NCBI GenBank assembly: GCA_037447605.1
Contig: CM074806.1
Span: forward strand, 1,364,001-1,428,000
DNA: 64,000 nt
From: Zygnema circumcarinatum SAG 698-1b
Taxonomy: Eukaryota; Plantae; Zygnematophyceae
Reading direction: 5' to 3'
The notes under the pieces: model-generated
Told to the model about the DNA's origin: nothing
What the model saw: only the letters and a program-made list of their open reading frames with translations
Databases searched by the model: none
Part shown: in pieces, positions 52,230-64,000 of the stretch
Numbering within the stretch: the stretch's first letter is position 1
Layout: the number at the start of each line of letters is the position of its first letter
Program-made: the position numbers and the translations under genes

Positions 52230-55200
52230 ATGGCCGCTGCGGGAGAGGGGCTGCGCTTGCGCCCCGTGCGGACGCGTGGAAGCCATGGGGAGGTCGCGGG
52301 CGGGTGGGACGATGGCGTGGAGGAGGCAGTGACGCCTACTGGGCGGATGTTTTTCGAGAAGAGCATTGATTGTCACATTCTGTGCGTGCTGGGCTTCCAG
52401 AACCCCGTGGACCTCGTGCACATGAAGGGTGTGCTGCAGGAAACTCTTGTAAAGCACAAGCGGTTTCGAAGTCGAGTGGTATGTTTTTCCCTTTTCCAGT
52501 GCTGGTGAGAGAGATAGGAGGAGTCCTAATGCTTTGGCAAGTTAATTTTCACTTACTCATTGTCCTTTTAATGTACTGCTATGGATAACAGTGACGAATT
52601 GTAAAAGGACCGTTCTTAATCCCATTTAGTAGCATGTTGACTTAAATGTGATTGTTCACAATCCATTCGCCTTTCTAAATGTTCGAGCAATTCCCGCGTT
52701 TGTCGTGCAGGAAAACCTTGGCACCCGTAAACCTAAGTGGATTACCATGCCAGTGAAAATGGACCAACATGTTCAGGAAGTAGTTGTTAGTGAAACGGAA
52801 AAGTCATCCACCACTCTCGTTGAAGATTTCATCTCTACCTTAGCAGGAAAACCCGCCATGGACAGGTCACAACCACAATGGGAAGCATATGTTCTCAACA
52901 CCAGCTGGCGGGGAGCCAACGGCTTCCTCATTTTCAGGTCCGTTTGCCAGCTCAATAGGCCCCTCTCCTTCATATGCTTGACAGGATGTCGCAATCACAA
53001 CTGGGCGCAATCCTGGAAGCGCGTGTAGATTCCCGTGACCCCAGGCTGACATGTGGAAAGAAACTGAAATTATGAAGTTCTGGGTGTTCAAACTTGGGGG
53101 AAGGAAGTGGCATTGATCTCACGATGGCGAGGCCATCAAATGTACATGGTCAAAATCAGCATGGGGAACCACAAGGAACTGGTCGCAAAAGACCTAACCA
53201 CAATCTCTCATTCGTTTGGCCCTTCAAGCTAGAAAATAATAAAACACAGACAGCCTCCTGTATGGAGCATGATGATATTGTGAAGCTATCGTTAAAAACT
53301 GCCTGTAACACTTGAGAACGATGCTCCGGGACTATTGCAGGATCCACCATGCTGTTGGAGATGGAACTTCTCTCATGTCCCTTCTTCTCGCCTGCACTCG
53401 CCAAGTGGCCCATCCGGATCTTCTTCCGACCATTCCTGGGACAGCTGCCAAGGGAAAGGATGGAGTCGAAACGGATATTCCACCATCCTTCTCATCAACC
53501 TCAGTTGAGAAGCTGGGACAGACAAAGGCAAAAGAAGGCTTTTTGCAGTGGCTTTGGCTACAGCTAATCTTTATTGCCAATACATTAGTCTTTACATTCG
53601 ATTTCCTTGCTATGGTCATATGGGTAAAGGACACAAAAACAGCTGTGAAGGCTGAGGCCGGCGCTGAAGCAGGCGAGCATCGCCTAGCCTTCTCAGACGA
53701 GATATCTCTACACGATGTGATGACATTGCGACGAGCAGTTGGCGGAGCGGTACAACCTCTCCCATTAGAGCACCATAGATTGTTTTTAGTCGCTTCAAAC
53801 CTGATGACCTTCTTGTCTTCCCTCATACCCATGAGCTTTTCCTGGGTGAAAAAATAGCGAAGGTCTCATGCGAGACTGAACTTGTGGTCTGGGAGGACGG
53901 TGGGGATGCGAGGCAGACCATCAATGACATTATTTTGGCAACCATTGCAGGCGGATTACATCACTACCTATCCAAAGGTGAGATATTTTTTAAAGCTCTA
54001 CGGAGCGCACCGTCGGCATGCTTTACTGTTCAGAAAGTGCATTGGACGTCAAATCAAGTCAACTGGAAAATGCATGAGACGCACTGTACAAGTGCACAGC
54101 ATTGTATTCTCCTTCTCCCCCAACTAGCTGAGGAGCAATCTATGTGAGCCGTTAGGGAGACAGGAGGAGAGCCTTCGAGGCATAGTAGCAATTGTGGTGC
54201 AGGGCGGGGCATGCAGTTGCGCTGATGCAAGCGGAACAGAGCACAGATGCTTCCGGTGGCCTTGAAAAGCCGCTTGAAAGGAAGTCAAATGCGGTTCCCC
54301 TAGACAAAGTTTTCATGCGCGGACTAACGCTCGTTAACTTGCGTGCTAAGCCCGGCCTGCAGGCAAGCCTTGCTCCTCCTAAAACCAACATTCGCTTTTT
54401 TACTTTTGCTCGTAGAGAAAGAGTGCGAGATGGGTGATGACCATAGAGAAACATTGTGATTTTCGCCAAATATTGCAGTCATCAGACCAGTACTGGCAGT
54501 ATGCGGTTGCAGGAGCTTGAGAAGATGATGACAACTGGATCAGAAGTGAAGTGGGGAAACTCCATCGGTTACCTCCTTCTGCCCCTGCCGGTGGGCCATA
54601 TGACAGACCCTTTGGATAGGATACGGAAGGTGAAGGCAGTTGTTGACCGCAAGAAGCGATCCTACGAAGCGGCAGTGTCGTACTTCAACTGCAATAATGG
54701 CATGAAGATTGGAGGCGCGGGGGTAAGTGTTGCTTAGAGGCTATGACAGAGGCATAAATCTGCCAACTTTGAAAACCAGCTGTGTCGTCATTCCAGACAT
54801 TGGCCAACCATTTAAACTTGCAAGCAAATTGATTAATATATGTGCTTCTCATTTATTCTTCACTATTACACATAGTAATGCGTCTTTATCTGAAGGAGAT
54901 TTTGGGCTGTGTTCCGCTAGGCGGTAGCCCAACTTACATATCGCGCAGCCACTCAAACAACTATGGCTCTGGCCAACTTGATTGGTCCGGCCGAAGAAGT
55001 CAGCCTGGGTGGAAATCCCCTGCGTTTTGTTATTCCGACAGTTGTGGGTACTCCACAGGTGAGTTCTTTAGGTGTACATTGTCTTAACCCACGTTTCGAC
55101 CATTCAAAGAAAAAAATCAATCTTCACCTGGAATGTTAAAGTTGCTGCTGTAGTTCCTTCCGGCAACATCTGATTGCTGTTTTATGATTTGTTAAGTGTG

Positions 55201-55442
55201 GCGACATTAATGGCTGCCCTTTTCCAGGATTAAGAAGAAGCTATCTTTGCCATGTTTTAGTGAACTGACGTGTGTAGGTGGTGCTGCTCTTGCAGTCCCT
55301 TACCATCCATGCTCAGTCGTATTGCGGAAGTGTACGAGTGGGGGCTCTTGCAGCGACAGCCATTGTCCCTGATCCCAACATGCTCTGCCGCTGCTTTATG
55401 GATGCATTTGAGGAGATGCTGAGGGCAGCAGAGGAGACGTGA
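52230..55442 (+). CDS. WSD1: Wax ester synthase/diacylglycerol acyltransferase (WSD1-like), 8 exons: 52230-52478, 52711-52937, 53341-53749, 53917-53977, ~54217-54362, 54513-54722, 54921-55058, 55296-55442
   Basis: EEAVTPTGRMF, DRSQPQWE, catalytic RIHHAVGDGTSLMSLLL, TINDIIL, VNLR, KWGNSIGYLLLP, DRKKRSYEA, NLIGPAEE, PDPNMLCRCF. Intron 5 is GC-AG. Confidence 0.93.
53097..53194 (+). repeat. Dispersed ~95-bp repeat, copy G (full length, inside WSD intron 2)
   Basis: ggggaaggaagtggcattgatctcacgatggcgaggccatcaaatgtacatggtcaaaatcagcatggggaaccacaaggaactggtcgcaaaagacc. Confidence 0.92.
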
Positions 55443-56164
55443 GGGAGACATGGAGTCACCTTCAGTTGCACTCATGCTTCACTGATCACTTCATGGGCCA
55501 GCCTCGACACCTTCTGCAAGAAAGGCAGCAAGACAGGGGTGACGGCTGATGGCTGAGGCAAGCTAATGTTAACAAAGTGTAGGACGTGTATCTTAAGATA
55601 TATGCTTTCGTTTGTTTCTTGTATCGCCGTGGGTGGGACTGAGGAAGCAGAGGGTTGCAAAATTAGTCTCATACGAACATTGAGAAGCGGATTTTTCATG
55701 GCGTTGTATATGGTAGTCCATTGTGATGTTGTTTCTTTTCAAGGCAGAGGAGCTCGCTCTGGTTTGGGACAGGCGTGATTGGTTAGGCCTTAGAAACAAT
55801 GATTCACGATGTCTATGTTGTGTGGAGCTGCTTTTTTGTTCAGCGATTTTTTGTCGACTTTTCGACTGCATTGAAAAGAGGGAGGGAGTATCGGGGGAGA
55901 TAGAAAAATGACACTTTCTGGAATAGAAGGCTCCATGGAAACTCCAACAAAAAGGGGAAACCAGACTGAAGCATGCATGCGCTAAAGCCTGCGCGTTGTC
56001 CCCTGGTTTAGTCTCAACATTTCTGCGCACTCTCCTGCTCTCTAGAGACGGGCCAAAATGAAGAAATTCACCCACAGGGAAAGAGAGGCAACCAACAATC
56101 CAAAAACAATGCAAGCTAAGGATGTGGCATTGACAGAAAAAAAATACAAAAAAAAAAACAACAA

Positions 56165-57768
56165 GGAAAATGATACTCCCCCATTTTACATTTTGGATAT
56201 CCCGGCCCCCCTGTTTTGGATATCTCGCTCCCTAACTTGGATATCCCGTCCCCTATTTTTTGCTTTTCACTACTCACTTCCAACATTTTGTGCAACCGTT
56301 ACTCTTCGTTTTAAAAATGCCTCGATTGTCTTTGCCCGTGGTGAAAACGAGGGTCCAATTTCGGCGGCTGTGGTTGTAGTAGTCGCTACGTCCACCATGG
56401 TGCTCCGCGCACCATGTGTCCCCCCGTACGGCCATACGACAGCCGACTGTACAGTACTGTACGTATGACCGTACGCCTATACGGCGAGCACCCGCCAGGT
56501 TGGCGGACGCGCAGCACCGTCAGAGGCGACTCCATGCCACGTGGCGCCTCGCCAGTGGCTGGCCTTGCTCCAGGGTACCTTCTGGTTAAGGGTTCGACGG
56601 AGGGAGCTCGGGGGCTAAGCTAAGGGCCAAGGGAAAATAGCAGACAGGATTAGGGCAAGGAGTTGGGGTTGCTTCCTCGAGGTGGATGAAATCTTGGTCC
56701 AGCCACCATTGCTGATGGATGTTTGCGAGTAGGATCTTATCTCCTCGGTCCAAGATAGCTGAGATACGATGCTTGCAAAAGAGCTTCAAGTAATAAACAT
56801 TCTAGCGCAGGGCCCCAATGTGGTCGTTTTCACGACAGTTTCTCCTTTGTCGTGCAACTTTTGTAAGGAAAACTTCGAAACTATCTCATGTAGCCCTTGC
56901 AAATACTGTTTGTTGTAGGAAAAAAACCATCATCGTTTGAAGCGGTACATCTGAATCCTCATTGTTGATTTGCTAATGGTTTTTCAATGGTTAAATCTGA
57001 TGATGCTCTAGACCCAATTCATCGACCTCAAGTAAATGATTGAAGCTGACAAGATCTTGATTGCTCATCATCACGACAAGCTGTATTTGCAGGGGTTTTC
57101 AAAGTTTGCCTTGCAAAAGTTGCACGACGAAAGAAGCTGCCATGAAAGTGACTACATTGGGGCCCTCTACTAGAATATTTACTTGTACTTTGAGCCTTTT
57201 TGCAAGCATCGTATCTTAGATAAGATCCTACTTGTAGACATCCATTGACAATGGTGGTTAACCAAGATTTCATCTTGGTCAAGGAAACAACTATAATAGC
57301 TAAAATTAGACCATCGTATCACTAGGGGCAAAGACAATCAAAGCATTGACAAGCAAGTTGTATGCAAACAATTCCTCAATAGCATTGGTCCTTGTGTTTA
57401 AAGTAGATGAGGTGAAAGTAGATGAAGTTTTGGCTGTCAAACCATTGTAGTTGTAGAACCCTTGCCCGATTACAAAGAAACGAGGTTGACTCATACGCAA
57501 TGTGGCAATCAACTAGGACAAGAGCCATTTTGAGTACATAGGTTAACAAATGTTTCAATTGCAAGCAACCAAGCTACAACTCAAAAACTTGCCTTAATTA
57601 GAATGAAAGCAATGTTTCCCTATCTTTATGACCTACGATCCCAACCCCAAAACGACGAGTAACGGTGGTACAATGTCGGAGAAAACAGGGGCGGTATATC
57701 CAAAATAAGGGGGCGAGATATCTGAAACAGAGGGGAGGGTATCCAAAATGGGTGGGATATCATTTTCC
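56165..57768. mobile_element. Non-autonomous foldback / long-TIR DNA element (MULE- or Foldback-like), ~1.6 kb, no transposase
   Basis: 56165-56378 plus 56672-56916 is the imperfect reverse complement of 57649-57768 plus 57073-57347. Both ends start GGAAAATGATA. There are three TTGGATATC-type subterminal units per end. Flanks are aaaaacaacaa / aaaaacaaaaa (10/11 match). Confidence 0.75.
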
Positions 57769-57786
57769 AAAAACAAAAACAATACT

Positions 57787-57897
57787 TTGAGCGCCGTACA
57801 ATAAGGTCCGTACACTTCAGACCTTTCGTACTTGTGGGCTCTCAGTCCTCTCTGGGTCTCTCGCCCTCCTTAGGACCAAGCCCTAACCCTAACCCTA
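57787..57897 (+). promoter_or_regulatory. CGTAC x3 cluster and CCCTAA x3 (telo-box-like) upstream of the fucosyltransferase gene
   Basis: CGTAC at 57795, 57809 and 57827, then gccctaaccctaaccctaa. Confidence 0.45.
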
Positions 57898-58248
57898 ATT
57901 CTTGCAGCCCTCTGCTGCTTACCCTCATTCTGAGAAGAGAACGGGGGCCTGCAAACACGGTACTGCAGACTAGTCATGGCGCTGTAGCCTGTTCCGGCGT
58001 TTTCGGAACTTGGAGAGGTGGCGGGGAGAGGAAGTCGAGGGTTGAATGAGATGAGCAGTACATTTTCTCGGACGCTTGGAAGAGTCCTGTGCACATCGCT
58101 GAGTACCGGGACTCGCAGGTGGAATTCGGGGGGCAATACAATACAGATCTGGCACAAGGTTTGTCTAGATTCCCATTTGAAATGTGGGCGAGGTGGTCGG
58201 CTGTTGTTGCGTTCATTCGAGTCGATTAAGGCTTGTGGCGATTGAGGT

Positions 58249-62254
<4,006 letters not shown>

Positions 62255-63462
62255 GTCCCTCCAGGAGGCTGCTTCCATAGATCGGCTTACGTCGCTGCTT
62301 CATCCGCAAAAGGCTTCAACACCTAATCAAAACACCCCGACGCACCCCTTGCCTGGCCACTTCTCCGGCATCACCCTTATATACCGATCAATCTTGTGCA
62401 AAGTTTAGTTTATTTTGATTCATTCTCTCTTTCCTTTTATTTAGTTCTTGTCTTTGTATCATGGGCCACCTCCCGATTCTGGAAGCTCTGATTTGTTAGC
62501 GCGGCTGACTCTCAAAAGAAGAAAAGGTCGCTAACTTTCTATTGGAGTCAACCATGGAGGGAGGCCATTGCAATTGCGTTAGCCACTGCCTCGTCTTAGT
62601 GTTTTGTGGATCCCCCAAAAGAAAGCTTCTCTTAAATAAAAGCCTGCCATTGCCCAATGGACTCCCTTTGCTGATTTTTTTATGTTTGGAAAAACATCTT
62701 ACAGCTACCGTCTTCTCCATATGGTTTGGAATGGTCTGGAATTTGTTAGAATTGTCGAAATTGTTTCAGATCTATCCATGGATGTGTCAGATATCTATGC
62801 TGCATGTATGCATATTAATGTATGAATACTGCATTGCAGGCATGCTGAATCTGCTGCTGTAGACTGGGCTCGATGCCACACAGTTAGATCAGTGGAAACT
62901 GCTCGTACAAGTGGAAGGGCATTAGTGGAACTAATAAATGACATTCCAGATCTATCCAAAATTGAGATAGAATGGAGCAGGCCGCTAGTCCGCTAGGGCC
63001 TATACCCGAGGAGGTTCCAGTCGTGTGGGACGCACCCGAGAAAGAGGAGCAGTTATGATTTAATCATGCCACAAAACCCACAGGAAACCCACAGGCACGC
63101 AGAGAAGTTAGATGTAGAGAAGGACGTCAACCAAAGCAGTCTAATTTTCGTGGGTTCCAGGAAATTCAGAAAATTCGGGGAAGGTTGAGGAGACAGTAGA
63201 ACCGCAGCCGGATATTCAGAGTAGTGAGCCCACAATTTCAACTAAGGAACGCATTTGGACTACATTTTTAAAGGGTGGTGAAAAAAGGCCTGGCTGCCCT
63301 ATTTTGTGATAGTTATTGGAAAAGAGGGAGGGCGCAATTGCAGCAAGTTGTGGATATAGATATATGTGACGATTCTTTTTGGCAAGCTAGACAGGCCAGA
63401 GTGTAGAGGGGCGTCACACTTTCCATACAGTAGCTGATGGTTTCTGCAGGTAAAGCAAAGCA

Positions 63463-63881
63463 TCAAGTGTCTGAGTCATATTCAAAACTGTCCAGGGCTT
63501 TCCCTCCGCCACCAATAGCAAGCGCTTGCAAATGCTCCCCTAGGCCCTCCACTGCCTCTCTATCAAAGCCCCACTGGGCCAGCACAGACCTGCCTGAGCT
63601 TCTATTCAGACCGTTCTTAAGGAGGTCCTGCAGTCTGAGTTCTATGAGCGGAACCACCAGTGGGCCTGTGCCAAGCCTCGTAAACACAGAAACACCGTTC
63701 TTCCACCGTAAGCGCCCCCCTTGGCTGACTTGGGGACGCGAAATAGGAGGAAAGGGGAATGGAATGGCCAAAGACTGTCTGGAGAGTGCCATGTGGCGAA
63801 CTGAAAGAACTCCCATGCCTTGGCCCAATGTGGATTTCAAAAACTCCTCGGCCCTCGAGAGCGATACAGGCCCAAGATCAC
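63463..63881 (-). CDS. Last exon of a misato/DML1-like (tubulin-related) gene; the rest lies beyond the window
   Basis: ttgcag acceptor, then ...LAIPFPFPPI...VLAQWGFDREAVEGLGEHL...YDSDT*. This resembles the plant misato C-terminus (PIPLPFPSI...WGF..EE...SDSD) as recalled. Confidence 0.62.
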
Positions 63882-64000
63882 CTGCAAAAGGATAGAGGAC
63901 ATAAGAGGAAATGGTGGGACTAACCTAAATGAGCCTGAGCAAAAAGCAGCTGAGTGGGCAGTAAACTAACCGCTATGGTCCTGTAGGCCTCGCAGAATTA

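Overview
Gene-dense eukaryotic nuclear DNA with spliceosomal introns. The gene set and intron positions point to a streptophyte, most likely a charophyte/zygnematophyte-type alga or an early-diverging land plant (inference). Reconstructed by hand from GT/GC-AG junctions and protein homology: plastid-type RecA (13 exons), plastid soluble pyrophosphatase, a DUF2985/PLAC8 membrane protein, an A1 aspartic protease, a CUE-like/DUF1771/Smr protein, a carotenoid-cleavage oxygenase, a secreted ependymin-like protein, ARL1, a WSD wax-ester synthase/DGAT, an O-fucosyltransferase-family protein, the last exon of a misato-like gene, and two unrecognised genes. Non-coding highlights: a ~95-bp hairpin-containing dispersed repeat present 7 times; a ~1.6-kb foldback (long inverted-repeat) element with a different ~300-bp insertion in each arm; an interstitial TTAGGG array; GTAC clusters and G-box/CCAAT modules in promoters; three GC-AG introns; and a (TC)~139 tract at a 3' splice site. 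No rRNA, complete tRNA, CRISPR array or intact transposase was seen. No database searches were run, so family calls rest on recognised motifs.
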